The position numbers and the translations under genes are program-made. A stretch of 48,562 nt of DNA. It comes from Lysobacterales bacterium. GTDB lineage: Bacteria; Pseudomonadota; Gammaproteobacteria; Xanthomonadales; SZUA-36. The stretch is taken from positions 1-48,562 of the forward strand of contig JARFQZ010000110.1 of NCBI GenBank assembly GCA_029287515.1. The letters are read 5' to 3'. Each line of letters begins with the position of its first letter. Position 1 is the stretch's first letter. This document shows positions 28,780-39,455 of this stretch, piece after piece. Below the pieces are notes generated by a model that was given only the letters and a program-made list of their open reading frames with translations, had not been told where the DNA came from and made no database searches.

Positions 28780-29357
28780 GTTTCTTCCGGCCCGATCCAC
28801 TTCTTCACTTTCGGGGCCTTGTACTCATCGAATCGCCGGAGCAGGCTGGAGGCTGATTCGTCCATCATGATCATCGGGCGGAATTCCGGTTTGACGAATT
28901 GCTCTTCCACGGCCTTCTCCAGGAAGGTGAACAGGTGATCATAGTAACCGGCAGCGTTAAGCAGGCCACAGGGCTTTTCGTGGAACCCCAATTGAGCCCA
29001 GGTCAGCATTTCGAAGATTTCCTCGATGGTTCCCCAGCCGCCCGGCAGGGCAATGAACCCGTCTGACAATTCGGCCATTTTCGCCTTGCGCTCATGCATG
29101 GAATCCACAACGAACAGATCATCCAGCCCATGGTGCGAAACTTCCTTGGTAGCCAGGGCATGGGGGATGACGCCTATGGCTTTGCCTTCGTGCTCAAGCA
29201 CCGCGTCTGCGACTGCTCCCATGACACCGACGCTCGCTCCGCCGTAAACCAGACCCAGGCCTCTTTTGGCCAGTTCGCGGCCCAGGCTTCGGGCGGCTTC
29301 CCGGTACACTGCCTGGCGGCCGGGATTGGAACCACAGTAAACGCATATGTACTTCAT
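28776..29357 (-). CDS. LOG-family nucleotide 5'-monophosphate nucleosidase (TIGR00730-type)
   Basis: MKYICVYCGSNPG, GLVYGGASVGVMG and the signature PGGWGTIEEIFE are all present. Confidence 0.85.
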   Translation of the reverse strand: MKYICVYCGSNPGRQAVYREAARSLGRELAKRGLGLVYGGASVGVMGAVADAVLEHEGKAIGVIPHALATKEVSHHGLDDLFVVDSMHERKAKMAELSDGFIALPGGWGTIEEIFEMLTWAQLGFHEKPCGLLNAAGYYDHLFTFLEKAVEEQFVKPEFRPMIMMDESASSLLRRFDEYKAPKVKKWIGPEET

Positions 29358-29361
29358 GGGC

Positions 29362-29898
29362 TTATTCCAAACTTGCTTCGCGCACGATCCGCCATGCCCT
29401 GGCTTTCTGCTCCAGGCTCATTCCCGCATGGGCCGGGCTGGTCGATGGCAGGCGTGTCAAAGGCAAACCGGCACGATGCGGACCGAGGCGCGGTAAAACG
29501 TGTTTGCGATACACGGCATCGGCTTTTGCACCGTTAAAAAAAACGTGATTCACCGCTGAGTGCCTGTTAAAAAAATCCGTGAAATCATTAACGATAATCG
29601 TGCTGTCATCAATATTGGCATCCAGGCTGCCTGCGCGGAAACAGGCTTTCAGCACATCCCAGACTGCCACTCCTTTTTCCGCCAGTTCGCGGGTCTTTTC
29701 TTCGTACCCCGACCCGGTCAGGCCGTAAAGCATGCTCATGATAGGCCAGAAAGCGTTGCGGGGGTGTGCGTAATATTGTCTGCGCTCCAGGGATTCGCGG
29801 CCAGGCATGCTTCCCAGGATCAGCACCGTTGCATTTTCCCGTTCGATGGGCGGGAAGCTACGGACATCAGTCACGCAAAGACTCCAGCCAGTTTTCAA
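29362..29898 (-). CDS. DNA-deoxyinosine (hypoxanthine) glycosylase, UDG superfamily
   Basis: FPPIERENATVLILGSMPGRESLERRQYYAHPRNAFWPIM is the typical N-terminal block of this family. The ORF start overlaps the ruvX 3' end. An alternative GTG is at 29871. Confidence 0.7.
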   Translation of the reverse strand: MKTGWSLCVTDVRSFPPIERENATVLILGSMPGRESLERRQYYAHPRNAFWPIMSMLYGLTGSGYEEKTRELAEKGVAVWDVLKACFRAGSLDANIDDSTIIVNDFTDFFNRHSAVNHVFFNGAKADAVYRKHVLPRLGPHRAGLPLTRLPSTSPAHAGMSLEQKARAWRIVREASLE

Positions 29899-30310
29899 GA
29901 ATGACCTGGGCTGCGACTGCGTCCAGCCGGCTGACGTCCTTGCGTTTCAGGCCGCCGCTGGCCCTGAGTTCTGCAAAGCGTTGCCCCGCCTCACGTGAGC
30001 TGAGCCGTTCATCAAAGAAGCATGTGTCCAGCGAGTAACGCTTTTTCAATTGCCTACCGAACTCCCTGGCGGCCCTGGACATATCCGTGTCTTCTCCCTC
30101 CGGGCCAAGGGGCAGGCCTACCAGTAACGTGGATGGCTTCCATTCCGCAACCAGGCGATCAATCGCCTGCCAATCCGGATTCTGATGATGGCGGACCGTT
30201 TCCAGGCTGCTCGCGTTCCAGGTGGCCGTCTGGCCAACGGCTACACCAATTCGCCGCAGGCCAAAATCAAAACACAGTATGTACCCGCCCGGAACTGCGG
30301 ATTCAGGCAT
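29867..30310 (-). CDS. ruvX: Holliday junction resolvase-like / pre-16S rRNA nuclease RuvX (YqgF)
   Basis: ILCFDFGLRRIGVAVG...LLVGLPL is the YqgF pattern. It follows yqgE, as in many gammaproteobacteria. Confidence 0.9.
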   Translation of the reverse strand: MPESAVPGGYILCFDFGLRRIGVAVGQTATWNASSLETVRHHQNPDWQAIDRLVAEWKPSTLLVGLPLGPEGEDTDMSRAAREFGRQLKKRYSLDTCFFDERLSSREAGQRFAELRASGGLKRKDVSRLDAVAAQVILENWLESLRD

Positions 30311-30884
30311 GGCCTGCTTCCGAGTGCAGGCTTTCTATATTGATGCCCAGGCGTCCCAGGGCTTCGTCAAAACGGCTGGGAAGGGGCAGGTCAAAGATGA
30401 TATCCGTTTCAGCCGATACGGAAAGCCAGGCGTTTGCCAGTATTTCACCTTCCAGCTGTCCACCACCCCAGCCCGCGTAACCCAGCGCAACGACATATTT
30501 TTCCGGACCGGATCCGGCGGCGATGTCGGCCAGCACATCCCGCGACGTGGTCACCATGATTTCATTGCCGACTTCCATGCTCGACTCGTAACCCTGCAAA
30601 GGGCTGTGCACCACGAAGCCACGGTCCGGAGCGACTGGTCCGCCTTCCAGAACCGGCAAATTTCTGACCCCTTCGTCATCGCATTCCAGGTGCAGCTGGG
30701 AGAAAATTTCGCCGAGGGTAAAATTGGAGAGGCGGTTGATCGTTATGCCGATCGCACCCGCTTCGTTGTGCTGGCACATCAACGTGACGCTGCCAACAAA
30801 ATTGGAATCGACCATGCCCGGCATGGCAAGCAACATCTGCTTTTCCAGATACCCCGTGGCTACTTTTTCGTTCGCTTTGTCCAT
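30303..30884 (-). CDS. yqgE: YqgE/AlgH-family protein
   Basis: LLAMPGMVDSNFVGSVTLMCQHNEAGAIGITINR matches the YqgE/AlgH N-terminal block. The Met13 start (30884) fits homologue length. Confidence 0.85.
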   Translation of the reverse strand: MDKANEKVATGYLEKQMLLAMPGMVDSNFVGSVTLMCQHNEAGAIGITINRLSNFTLGEIFSQLHLECDDEGVRNLPVLEGGPVAPDRGFVVHSPLQGYESSMEVGNEIMVTTSRDVLADIAAGSGPEKYVVALGYAGWGGGQLEGEILANAWLSVSAETDIIFDLPLPSRFDEALGRLGINIESLHSEAGHA

Positions 30885-30946
30885 GCTTTCCAGATTGGGC
30901 GTTTGCGGAACATTTTTCAAGTGCTGCTTGCTACAATGAAGACATC

Positions 30947-31687
30947 ATGACCCAGGATACCCGCGAAGAAAAAATGCAAGTTGGTGGTCCGCGGCACCAT
31001 CGCCCGGTGCGAAGTTTTGTTCTGCGAGCCGGGCGTTTGACGGAAGGTCAACAAAGGGCGCTGAAGGAGCTTTGGCCACTGTACGGTGTCGAAGCGGGGG
31101 AAAACGAACTGGACCCGGGATCACTGTTCGGAAACGACCGGCCGCTCATCATGGAAATCGGTTTTGGCAATGGTGAAGCGACCTGGCAGATGGCGATCAA
31201 CGAACCCGATCGGAATTTCCTGGGCGTGGAGGTTCACAAACCCGGTGTGGGGCATCTTCTTCTGAAAATCGAGGAACACGGTATCAGCAACCTGCGCATT
31301 GCCTGCGAGGACGCCGTTGAGCTTCTTGGAAGGCGCATTCCGGACCGGGCGTTGAGTGGGGTCAGGATCTATTTCCCGGACCCATGGCCCAAGAAGCGGC
31401 ACCATAAACGCCGAATCGTGCAGCAACCGTTCGTTGACCTGCTGGCCCGGAAAATGAAAGCAGACGGAATCCTTCACCTGGCGACAGACTGGGAGCCTTA
31501 CGCGGAACACATGCTGGGAGTGCTGAATGCCAGCACCGCGTTTGAAAACCAGTCGCAGCACGGCGAAGCATGCACCCGGCCCGAATGGCGGCCGGAAACC
31601 AAGTACGAAAAAAGGGGTGAGCGCCTGGGTCATGGCGTGTACGATCTCGTATTCAGGCGTTTGCCTGACGGGGAGAGACGCGAGTAG
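30947..31687 (+). CDS. trmB: tRNA (guanine46-N7)-methyltransferase TrmB
   Basis: RSFVLRAGRLTEGQQRAL, EIGFGNGE and FPDPWPKKRHHKRR are TrmB signatures. Confidence 0.9.
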   Translation: MTQDTREEKMQVGGPRHHRPVRSFVLRAGRLTEGQQRALKELWPLYGVEAGENELDPGSLFGNDRPLIMEIGFGNGEATWQMAINEPDRNFLGVEVHKPGVGHLLLKIEEHGISNLRIACEDAVELLGRRIPDRALSGVRIYFPDPWPKKRHHKRRIVQQPFVDLLARKMKADGILHLATDWEPYAEHMLGVLNASTAFENQSQHGEACTRPEWRPETKYEKRGERLGHGVYDLVFRRLPDGERRE

Positions 31688-33526
31688 ATGGAAACCGGAC
31701 TGACACTATCAGCGGACATGATGCTGGTGTTGCTGATTCTGACGGCGACGATTGGCCTGTTCGTTTCGGAGTTGGTCCGGGTGGACATCGCGGCCATTCT
31801 CGTCATGGTGGTGATTGGGCTGTTCGGCCTCGTGCCGCCAACCGACCTGTTCAACGGTTTTGCGTCCAACGCGGTGCTTTCGATCATCGCGGTGATGATC
31901 CTGGGGGCCGGGCTTGACCGCACCGGCGTAATGACCGTCGTCTCGGCCTTTATCCTGAAGGTCGGTGGAAAGACCGCAATCCGCATTGTACCCCTGGTTT
32001 CGGGAACGGTAGGCCTGATATCGGGCATCATGCAGAACGTTGGCGCCACCGCCCTGTTCATGCCGGTCATGTCCCGGATTTCATCGCGCACCAAAATACC
32101 CCTTTCCCAGCTGCTGATGCCGATGGGCACCTGCGCCATTCTCGGCGGCACCCTGACCATGGTGGGTTCCTCACCGCTGATCCTGCTCAATGACCTGATC
32201 GAAAATGCCAACGAATCCCTGCCACCGGGCGTTCAGACGCTCGAGACTTTTCATCTTTTCGACGTAACCCCGGTGGGCCTGGCGCTGCTGGCCGCCGGTA
32301 TTCTTTATTTCCTGATAGCAGGCAGGTTCCTGTTGCCCCAGGCCACGGAGAAAGCCAGCGGCGTCCCGGCCAAGACCAAGACCTATTTCGCGGATGTCTA
32401 CGGCATCAAGGGTGATGTCTACGAATTACTGGTCACGGTCGACAGCCCCCTGGTCGGTATGACCATTGCTGATGCTGAAGAGCTGGAAGATGCCCCAATA
32501 CTGCTGGCTATCCGGAACACGGATGAACCCCGGTTGGCGCCGCCTTCCGATGAAATGATCTGGGTGGGCACCATTCTCGGCGTGATGGGAACAAGGAATA
32601 TCGTGGGCAAGTTCGCACTGGATAACCAGTGCCGAGTGCAACCGAGACTGAGAACCTTCGGCGGGCTATTCAACGCGAGCCGCGCCGGTATTTCCGAGGT
32701 GGTCATTCCACCCGGGTCGAGGCTGGTCGGCAAGACGGTCGGGGAAGCGAGGTTGCGAAGCCGTTACGGCATCAGTGTTCTGGCGATCAACCGTCGGGGT
32801 GACGTGTTGACCGAAGGTGTTCGTGACACCGAGCTGGAGACAGGTGATTGCCTGGTGTCCCACAGCACCTGGCGAGACCTGTCAGAGGTGAGCAAGGAAC
32901 GCGACTTCATCGTAGCGACCGATATCCCCAAGGAAGAGCAGCGCCCCCAAAAGGTGAGCCATGCGCTTGTCTTCTTCGCAATATCCATGAGCATGATCAT
33001 TTTTTCAGATTACCGCCTGTCCATTTCGTTGTTGGTTGGCGCGATGGGAATGATTTTGAGCGGTGTATTGAGCATGGATGAAGCCTATCGCTCGGTCAGC
33101 TGGAAAACCGTCTTTCTGCTGGCCAGCCTGATCCCCCTGGGCCAGGCGATGGAGAGAACCGGCACCGCGGCCTGGATTGCCCAGGAGATCATGATCATCC
33201 TCGGTGATGTGCCTGAGCTCGCCATCCAGGCAGCCCTGGCGGTGCTTGCCACCATTTTCAGCCTGGTCATGTCCAATGTCGGTGCGACGACCATTCTCGT
33301 GCCGATCTCGGTCAGTATCGCCCTGGCTACCGGCGCCAGCCCGGCGATGTATGCGCTGATCGTTGCATTGTCCACCTCCAATGCATTCATCCTTCCCACT
33401 CACCAGGTCAACGCGCTGATCATGGGTCCGGGTGGTTACCGTGTCGCTGATTTCATCCGCGTGGGAAGCCCCATGAGCGTGATCTTTATTGTGGTCATGC
33501 TGTTCATGGTCAATCTGATTTTCTAG
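31688..33526 (+). CDS. SLC13/DASS-family permease with two central TrkA-C (RCK C-terminal) domains
   Basis: 612 aa with polytopic N- and C-terminal halves. The central soluble region contains two TrkA-C-like repeats (GKTVGEARLRSRYGISVLAINRRGD). The ATG directly abuts the trmB stop. Confidence 0.8.
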   Translation: METGLTLSADMMLVLLILTATIGLFVSELVRVDIAAILVMVVIGLFGLVPPTDLFNGFASNAVLSIIAVMILGAGLDRTGVMTVVSAFILKVGGKTAIRIVPLVSGTVGLISGIMQNVGATALFMPVMSRISSRTKIPLSQLLMPMGTCAILGGTLTMVGSSPLILLNDLIENANESLPPGVQTLETFHLFDVTPVGLALLAAGILYFLIAGRFLLPQATEKASGVPAKTKTYFADVYGIKGDVYELLVTVDSPLVGMTIADAEELEDAPILLAIRNTDEPRLAPPSDEMIWVGTILGVMGTRNIVGKFALDNQCRVQPRLRTFGGLFNASRAGISEVVIPPGSRLVGKTVGEARLRSRYGISVLAINRRGDVLTEGVRDTELETGDCLVSHSTWRDLSEVSKERDFIVATDIPKEEQRPQKVSHALVFFAISMSMIIFSDYRLSISLLVGAMGMILSGVLSMDEAYRSVSWKTVFLLASLIPLGQAMERTGTAAWIAQEIMIILGDVPELAIQAALAVLATIFSLVMSNVGATTILVPISVSIALATGASPAMYALIVALSTSNAFILPTHQVNALIMGPGGYRVADFIRVGSPMSVIFIVVMLFMVNLIF

Positions 33527-33537
33527 AGGCGTCGCAT

Positions 33538-33810
33538 ATGCAGTACTACATCGCACCACCGCCCATGAATCCACTGGCCCGTTTGTTGGCGGGTGTGCTC
33601 GCAGTTCTGGCGCTGGTGGGCGCCTTCTTCTTTGGTCTCTTCATCCTTGTGTTCGCAGTCGGCCTTGGCCTGGTTGCCTGGCTGGCCCTTTGGATTCGCA
33701 TGTGGTGGCTGGGCAGAAATCGTCCGGCTGAAACTCCACGCACCGAGGACCGTTCGGATGACGTCATAGACGCGGAGTACACCGTGGTCTCCCGGCGGGA
33801 TGAAGAATAG
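33538..33810 (+). CDS. Small hypothetical membrane protein (two TM segments)
   Basis: 90 aa. Two hydrophobic stretches (LAGVLAVLALVGAFFFGLFILVF, GLGLVAWLALWIRMWWL) precede a charged tail. AGAGG lies 8 nt upstream. No family was recognised. Confidence 0.4.
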   Translation: MQYYIAPPPMNPLARLLAGVLAVLALVGAFFFGLFILVFAVGLGLVAWLALWIRMWWLGRNRPAETPRTEDRSDDVIDAEYTVVSRRDEE

Positions 33811-33857
33811 AAAGTTCACTCCTATAATGATGTAAAACAGACGAAAGGAAACACAGC

Positions 33858-34292
33858 ATGTCTACAATTCGGGAAATCCTCGATCGAAAGGGTGTAAATG
33901 TCCTCACGACCACCAGTAACACGTCGGTTCTCGAGGCGATAGGCGCAATGTCCGAGGCCAATGTCGGCGCCGTCGTTATTCAGGACGGGGATCAACCCAA
34001 TGGGATTTTTACCGAACGGGATTATCTCCGAAAGATTGCACTCGAAGGCAGATCTTCCAGCGATACGCCGGTTTCCCAGGTCATGTCATCTCCACTGATC
34101 ACTGTCCCGCCGGATGAATCCACTCATGCCGCGATGGAAACCATGACTGACCGCCGGTGTCGCCACCTGGTCGTCGTCGAGGGCGAAACAATGGTGGGTA
34201 TCGTGTCCCTGGGCGACCTGGTTAAGCATCTGCTTCAGGAGAAAGAGGCCGAGGTGGAGCAGTTGTCGAGTTACATTTCGGGCAATTACTGA
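33858..34292 (+). CDS. CBS-domain pair protein
   Basis: 144 aa with two CBS repeats (GAVVIQDGDQPNGIFTERD, RHLVVVEGETMVGIVSLGDLV). Confidence 0.8.
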   Translation: MSTIREILDRKGVNVLTTTSNTSVLEAIGAMSEANVGAVVIQDGDQPNGIFTERDYLRKIALEGRSSSDTPVSQVMSSPLITVPPDESTHAAMETMTDRRCRHLVVVEGETMVGIVSLGDLVKHLLQEKEAEVEQLSSYISGNY

Positions 34293-34663
34293 GTTTTTTT
34301 CTTCATTGCTTTGCGGACCGCTTCGCGTGCGTCGCTCGCGTTGCCACCTTTCCTGTACTGCTCCACCACGATCGATTCCACCTGGTTGAGTATGTGGTCC
34401 ATTGAACCCACGGGATGGGTCGTGCTCAAAGGCCTCTGATGGCCGAACAGGTTGATCCAGCGCTCGCTGCGGCGGCCGAGCTTGATGACTCTGCGGTATT
34501 CGCGATCACAATCCTCTCCACCGCGTAACAGGCCAATCAACGCTGCCACCAGCGATATCGGGATAAGCAGTGCGTCGCGGAATCCATCGGCAAGAAGCTT
34601 GAGTTGAAGCACAGCAGCTTCGCGCGCGAGGACCATGCGGGGGGTTCCGGTTGAATCATTCAT
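34286..34663 (-). CDS. Hypothetical protein (one hydrophobic segment)
   Basis: This ORF fills an otherwise empty interval. It has a hydrophobic stretch ([16 protein letters not shown]) and a basic C-terminal tail. There is no SD and no recognisable family. Its stop overlaps the CBS gene stop region by 7 nt. Confidence 0.35.
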   Translation of the reverse strand: MNDSTGTPRMVLAREAAVLQLKLLADGFRDALLIPISLVAALIGLLRGGEDCDREYRRVIKLGRRSERWINLFGHQRPLSTTHPVGSMDHILNQVESIVVEQYRKGGNASDAREAVRKAMKKKTQ

Positions 34664-34710
34664 GGCAAAATAGTTCCAAGTCTTTGCCCCATCGTACCTT
34701 TCGGAGATCA

Positions 34711-35133
34711 ATGATGAAATATTTGCATACCATGGTCAGGGTTACTGACCTCGACCAATCCCTGGATTTTTACTGCAACAAGCTCGGGCTGGTGGAACTG
34801 AAACGGAAAGAAGTGCCGCAAGGCCGGTTCACGCTGGTGTTCCTGGCGGCACCGGGCGATGAGGATGCGCAGGTCGAACTGACGTACACCTGGGACCCTG
34901 AGGAATATGACGGAGGCCGGAATTTCGGCCATCTGGCCTACGCGGTGGAAGACATTTACGAGGCCTGCCAGAGGCTGATGGACGGCGGCGTCGAGATCAA
35001 CCGCCCGCCGCGTGACGGGCGGATGGCGTTCGTCAGGTCTCCGGACGGTATTTCCATCGAGCTGCTGCAACGCGGTGATGCGTTGCAGCCTGAGGAACCC
35101 TGGGCGTCGATGGAGAACTCGGGCACCTGGTAG
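34711..35133 (+). CDS. gloA: Lactoylglutathione lyase (glyoxalase I)
   Basis: [26 protein letters not shown]...[29 protein letters not shown]...[14 protein letters not shown] parallels E. coli GloA. GGAG lies upstream. Confidence 0.85.
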   Translation: MMKYLHTMVRVTDLDQSLDFYCNKLGLVELKRKEVPQGRFTLVFLAAPGDEDAQVELTYTWDPEEYDGGRNFGHLAYAVEDIYEACQRLMDGGVEINRPPRDGRMAFVRSPDGISIELLQRGDALQPEEPWASMENSGTW

Positions 35134-35146
35134 CGTTTCTCCCCGC

Positions 35147-36649
35147 TTACAGTATATAGATCGTCGCCAGCAAGCCGGTGATGGTCATCGTGATGGTATA
35201 GGGCAGGGCCAGTAACACCATTCTGCCGTAACTGAGCCTGATCAACGGCGCCAGCGAGGAAGTCAGCAGGAACAGGAAAGCGGCCTGACCGTTTGGTGTC
35301 GCGACAGACGGGATATTGGTGCCGGTATTGATCGCAATGGTCAGTTGCTCGAAATGCTCCCGTGTAATGGTGCCGGCCTCGAACGCCTGGAAGACCTCGT
35401 TGATGTACACGGTGGCCACAAAAACATTGTCCGATATGGCCGAAAGAATGCCGTTCGCCATGAAAAACACGGGTACCTGGGATTCCTGTTCCAGTGAGAA
35501 TACCCACTCGATGACCGGCTGGAACAGGTGCTGGTCATGAATCACGGCTACGATCGCAAAGAACACCACCAGCAGGGCAGTAAATGGCAGCGCTTCTTCA
35601 AAGGCATGCCCCAGCCGGTGTTCTTCCACGATACCGGTAAAAGCCGTGGCGAGCACGATGACTGCAAGGCCGATCAAGCCGACTTCGGCCCAGTGAAAGG
35701 CCAGGGCGACTATCAGGAACATCACCACCAGCAACTGTACTCCGAGAGAGGCGCGCTGGCGGTTGGTTCTTTTTGCGTCTTCGCGCCGGTCGTACTCTTC
35801 CAGGATGCGCCTCGCTGCCCGTGGTAACTGAACTCCGTAGCCAAGGATTTTGAATTTCTCCACGGCCACGCAGGTCAGCATACCCACGAAGAGTACCGGT
35901 ATGCTCACGGGTGACATCCGGACGAAGAACTCGCCGAATTCCCAACCCGCAATTTCGCCGATCAGCAAGTTCTGGGGCTCACCCACCAGGGTGCAGACGC
36001 CACCCAGCGCCGTGCCTACCGCGCCGTGCATCATCAGGTTGCGCAGAAAACCCCGGTACTGGTCCAGGTCCTGGCGGGTTTCGGCTCCGATACCGGAATC
36101 GTCAGCATGGTCATGGTCGTCATCGAATCCCTTGCCCGATGTCACCTTGTGGTACACACCGTACAAACCGGCGGCCACGGTGATAATGACTGCTGTAACG
36201 GTCAGCGCATCGAGGAAGGCCGACAACACTGCAGCTACAAAAGAGAACAGCAGCGACAGCATGATCTTTGAGCGCACCCGGATCAGAAGCTTGGTGAAGA
36301 TAAACAAAAGCAGGTCTTTCAGGAAAAAGATGCCGGCTACCATGAAGATCAGCAGCAGAATGACTGCGAAGTTGGCTTCGGTCTCGTGATAAATCGTTTC
36401 CGGCGAGGTCATACCCAGTACAACAGCTTCAATGGCCAGCAGACCGCCTGGCTGCAGCGGGTAGCATCTGAGCGCCATCGCAAGGCAGAAAATGAATTCG
36501 CCCACCAGCAGCCACCCTGCGACGAAAGGCCCAAGGACCACCAACACGATGGGATTCATGATCAGAAACAGCACGATGGTCAGTTTGTACCATTCGGCGG
36601 CATGGCCGAGAAAATTATGCAGTACTGATTTCGCTATTGTTTCGGGCAT
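35147..36649 (-). CDS. nhaB: Na+/H+ antiporter NhaB
   Basis: It is collinear with E. coli NhaB along its whole length ([22 protein letters not shown]...[38 protein letters not shown]). The ATG at 36649 has a GAGGA SD. Confidence 0.92.
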   Translation of the reverse strand: MPETIAKSVLHNFLGHAAEWYKLTIVLFLIMNPIVLVVLGPFVAGWLLVGEFIFCLAMALRCYPLQPGGLLAIEAVVLGMTSPETIYHETEANFAVILLLIFMVAGIFFLKDLLLFIFTKLLIRVRSKIMLSLLFSFVAAVLSAFLDALTVTAVIITVAAGLYGVYHKVTSGKGFDDDHDHADDSGIGAETRQDLDQYRGFLRNLMMHGAVGTALGGVCTLVGEPQNLLIGEIAGWEFGEFFVRMSPVSIPVLFVGMLTCVAVEKFKILGYGVQLPRAARRILEEYDRREDAKRTNRQRASLGVQLLVVMFLIVALAFHWAEVGLIGLAVIVLATAFTGIVEEHRLGHAFEEALPFTALLVVFFAIVAVIHDQHLFQPVIEWVFSLEQESQVPVFFMANGILSAISDNVFVATVYINEVFQAFEAGTITREHFEQLTIAINTGTNIPSVATPNGQAAFLFLLTSSLAPLIRLSYGRMVLLALPYTITMTITGLLATIYIL

Positions 36650-36751
36650 CAATTTCCTCGAAGTATTCAGGGAGCCAGAGCAAGCAATTCTATAGCGTCT
36701 TAAGGGCTTTGCACCAGTTTCAATTACATCTGCTCATCGAGGTTAATAATT

Positions 36752-36780
36752 TTGCGTTGCAGGGGGAAGTCCGCTAGAAT
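36752..36780 (+). promoter_or_regulatory. Candidate sigma70 promoter for metK-ahcY-metF
   Basis: The -35 element is TTGCGT (36752-36757), followed by a 17-nt spacer and the -10 element TAGAAT (36775-36780). It lies about 50 nt upstream of the metK ATG. This is a pattern match only. Confidence 0.35.
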
Positions 36781-36830
36781 ATATATCTCTTTATCTTGAT
36801 TAAAAGATGTAATTTTTGAGGAACGCCGAA

Positions 36831-37994
36831 ATGAGTAATTATCTTTTTACTTCCGAGTCGGTTTCGGAAGGCCATCCGGACAAGGTTGCAGACCAGATTT
36901 CCGATGCTGTACTGGATGCGATTTTGAAGGAAGACCCTGAAGCGCACGTGGCCTGCGAGACGTTCATAAAGACGGGCGTGGCGATCGTTGGCGGTGAAAT
37001 TACCACAAGCGCCTGGGTGGACCTTGAAGACCTGATCCGTAAAGTTATCGTCGACATCGGCTACGACTCCTCGGAAGTTGGTTTCGACGGCCACACCTGC
37101 GCGGTAATGAGCATCATCGGCAAGCAGTCACCCGACATCGACCAGGGTGTATCCCGCCAGCGCCCGGAAGACCAGGGCGCGGGGGACCAGGGCCTGATGT
37201 TCGGCTATGCGACAAACGAAACCGATGTGCTGATGCCTGCGCCGATCTACTTCGCGCACGAACTGGTCAAACGCCAGAGCGTCGTGCGGCGGACAACCGA
37301 CGATGGCGCACATCATCTTCGTCCCGACGCGAAAAGCCAGGTGACCTTCCGCTACGAAGACGGCAAGCCGGTTGGAATCGACGCGGTCGTGCTTTCCTCT
37401 CAACATAACGCCGATTCCAGCCAGCAAGATCTGCGGGAACTGGTCATGGAAGAGATTATCAAGCCGGTACTGCCCGCCCATTGGTTGGATGATAAAACCA
37501 AGTACCACATCAATCCCACCGGACGATTCGAAGTCGGAGGGCCGGTCGGGGACGCTGGACTGACCGGCCGTAAAATCATCGTGGATACTTATGGCGGCAC
37601 AGCCCGTCATGGTGGCGGCGCTTTTTCGGGCAAGGATCCCTCAAAAGTGGACCGTTCAGCGGCTTACGCAGCCCGCTATGTGGCGAAAAACATCGTGGCC
37701 GCCGGCCTCGCGGACCGCCTCGAAATCCAGGTGTCCTATGCAATCGGTGTTGCCGAGCCCACATCGGTCACCGTCGATACTTTCGGGACCGAACACGTTC
37801 CGGCAGAGCAGATCGAGCAGATCGTGCGCCAGGAATTCGACCTCAGGCCTTACAGCATCATCAGGATGCTGGACCTGATCCAACCTATTTATCAGCCCCT
37901 GGCCGCTTACGGGCACATGGGCCGTGAAGATCTGAACGTCAAGTGGGAAGCCACCGACCGCGTTGAGCAAATCCGCTCCGCTGCCGGCATCTGA
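36831..37994 (+). CDS. metK: S-adenosylmethionine synthetase
   Basis: [42 protein letters not shown] and [19 protein letters not shown] are canonical MetK blocks. GAGGA lies 8 nt upstream. Confidence 0.95.
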   Translation: MSNYLFTSESVSEGHPDKVADQISDAVLDAILKEDPEAHVACETFIKTGVAIVGGEITTSAWVDLEDLIRKVIVDIGYDSSEVGFDGHTCAVMSIIGKQSPDIDQGVSRQRPEDQGAGDQGLMFGYATNETDVLMPAPIYFAHELVKRQSVVRRTTDDGAHHLRPDAKSQVTFRYEDGKPVGIDAVVLSSQHNADSSQQDLRELVMEEIIKPVLPAHWLDDKTKYHINPTGRFEVGGPVGDAGLTGRKIIVDTYGGTARHGGGAFSGKDPSKVDRSAAYAARYVAKNIVAAGLADRLEIQVSYAIGVAEPTSVTVDTFGTEHVPAEQIEQIVRQEFDLRPYSIIRMLDLIQPIYQPLAAYGHMGREDLNVKWEATDRVEQIRSAAGI

Positions 37995-38021
37995 CCGACT
38001 TCCCAACCAGGAGAAAATACT

Positions 38022-39452
38022 ATGAGTGCTGTAATCGAAGAACTGAACCAGAAAGACTACGTCGTGGCCGACATTTCCCAGGCGGACTTCGGGCGTAAGG
38101 AAATTGCCATTGCCGAATCGGAAATGCCAGGGCTGATGGCGCTGCGCGAGGAATATGGCGCGGCACAGCCGCTGAAAGGCACCCGCATTGCCGGCAGCCT
38201 GCACATGACCATCCAGACGGCCATGTTGATCGAAACCCTCACGGCACTGGGCGCCGAGTTGCGTTGGGCATCCTGCAATATTTATTCAACCCAGGACCAT
38301 GCCGCAGCCGCAATCGCGGCGGGCGGCACCCCCGTATTCGCATTCAAGGGCGAATCGCTGGATGACTACTGGGAATTCACACACCAGATTTTCAACTGGG
38401 GCGCCGGCGACAAGGACGAAGATTTTGCCAACATGATTCTCGATGACGGCGGTGACGCCACACTGTTGCTGTACCTGGGATCGAAGGCGGAAAAGGACAT
38501 TTCCGTGTTGGACAATCCATCAAGCGAAGAAGAGGTAGCCCTGTTCAACTCGATCCGCAAGAGGTTGGACACCCGCCCCGGGTGGTACACGAAAGCGTTG
38601 TCTTACATCCAGGGTGTGACCGAAGAAACCACCACCGGTGTAAAGCGTCTTTACCAGATGGCCCAGGATGGAGAACTGCCTTTCCCGGCAATCAACGTGA
38701 ATGATTCGGTGACCAAGTCCAAATTCGACAACCTGTATGGTTGCCGTGAGTCCCTCGTGGACGGCATCAAGCGTGCGACTGACGTCATGATTGCCGGCAA
38801 GATTGCCCTGGTCGCTGGTTATGGCGACGTTGGTAAGGGCTGTGCCCAGTCACTGAAAGGTCTCGGGGCAACTGTGTGGATCACGGAAATCGATCCGATC
38901 TGCGCCCTGCAGGCGGCGATGGAAGGTTTCCGCGTCGTCACGATGGAGCAGGCTGCGGACAAGGCGGATATCTTCGTCACGGCAACCGGCAACTACCATG
39001 TCATTACCCATGACCACATTGCGGCCATGAAGCACCAGGCTATCGTCTGCAACATTGGCCATTTCGATAACGAAATCGATGTAGCCAGCCTGAAGGGATA
39101 CGAATGGGAAAACGTAAAGCCCCAGGTTGACCAGGTGATTTTTCCGGACGGTAAGCGGATTACCCTGCTCGCTGAAGGCCGCCTGGTAAATCTCGGTTGC
39201 GCAACCGGCCACCCGAGCTTTGTGATGTCCAATTCGTTCACCAACCAGGTACTGGCGCAAATGGAGCTCTGGAACAACGGTGACCGTTATGAAAACCAGG
39301 TTTACGTATTGCCCAAACACCTGGACGAGAAAGTAGCCCACCTGCATCTCGAACGAATCGGCGCCAACCTGACTGACCTCACCGAGGAGCAGGCAAAATA
39401 CATTGGCGTGGAAGCCAGCGGTCCGTACAAGCCGGATCATTATCGCTACTGA
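38022..39452 (+). CDS. ahcY: Adenosylhomocysteinase
   Basis: [26 protein letters not shown], the NAD motif [14 protein letters not shown] and the C-terminus KPDHYRY are present. AGGAG lies upstream. Confidence 0.95.
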   Translation: MSAVIEELNQKDYVVADISQADFGRKEIAIAESEMPGLMALREEYGAAQPLKGTRIAGSLHMTIQTAMLIETLTALGAELRWASCNIYSTQDHAAAAIAAGGTPVFAFKGESLDDYWEFTHQIFNWGAGDKDEDFANMILDDGGDATLLLYLGSKAEKDISVLDNPSSEEEVALFNSIRKRLDTRPGWYTKALSYIQGVTEETTTGVKRLYQMAQDGELPFPAINVNDSVTKSKFDNLYGCRESLVDGIKRATDVMIAGKIALVAGYGDVGKGCAQSLKGLGATVWITEIDPICALQAAMEGFRVVTMEQAADKADIFVTATGNYHVITHDHIAAMKHQAIVCNIGHFDNEIDVASLKGYEWENVKPQVDQVIFPDGKRITLLAEGRLVNLGCATGHPSFVMSNSFTNQVLAQMELWNNGDRYENQVYVLPKHLDEKVAHLHLERIGANLTDLTEEQAKYIGVEASGPYKPDHYRY

Positions 39453-39455
39453 TCC

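Noticed and set aside
29531-29580. Two A7/A8 runs (gttaaaaaaaa ... gttaaaaaaat) inside the deoxyinosine glycosylase gene.
   Set aside because: Both are in frame, encode conserved-looking FFN motifs (VFFNG, DFFNR), and the ORF is intact. There is no evidence of frameshifting or pseudogenisation.
36653-36830. A possible SAM or SAH riboswitch upstream of metK.
   Set aside because: The leader after the putative promoter is only about 50 nt and AT-rich. It has a single weak 5-bp hairpin and none of the conserved GC-rich pseudoknot elements I associate with SAH or SAM-II RNAs. It still deserves a covariance-model scan.
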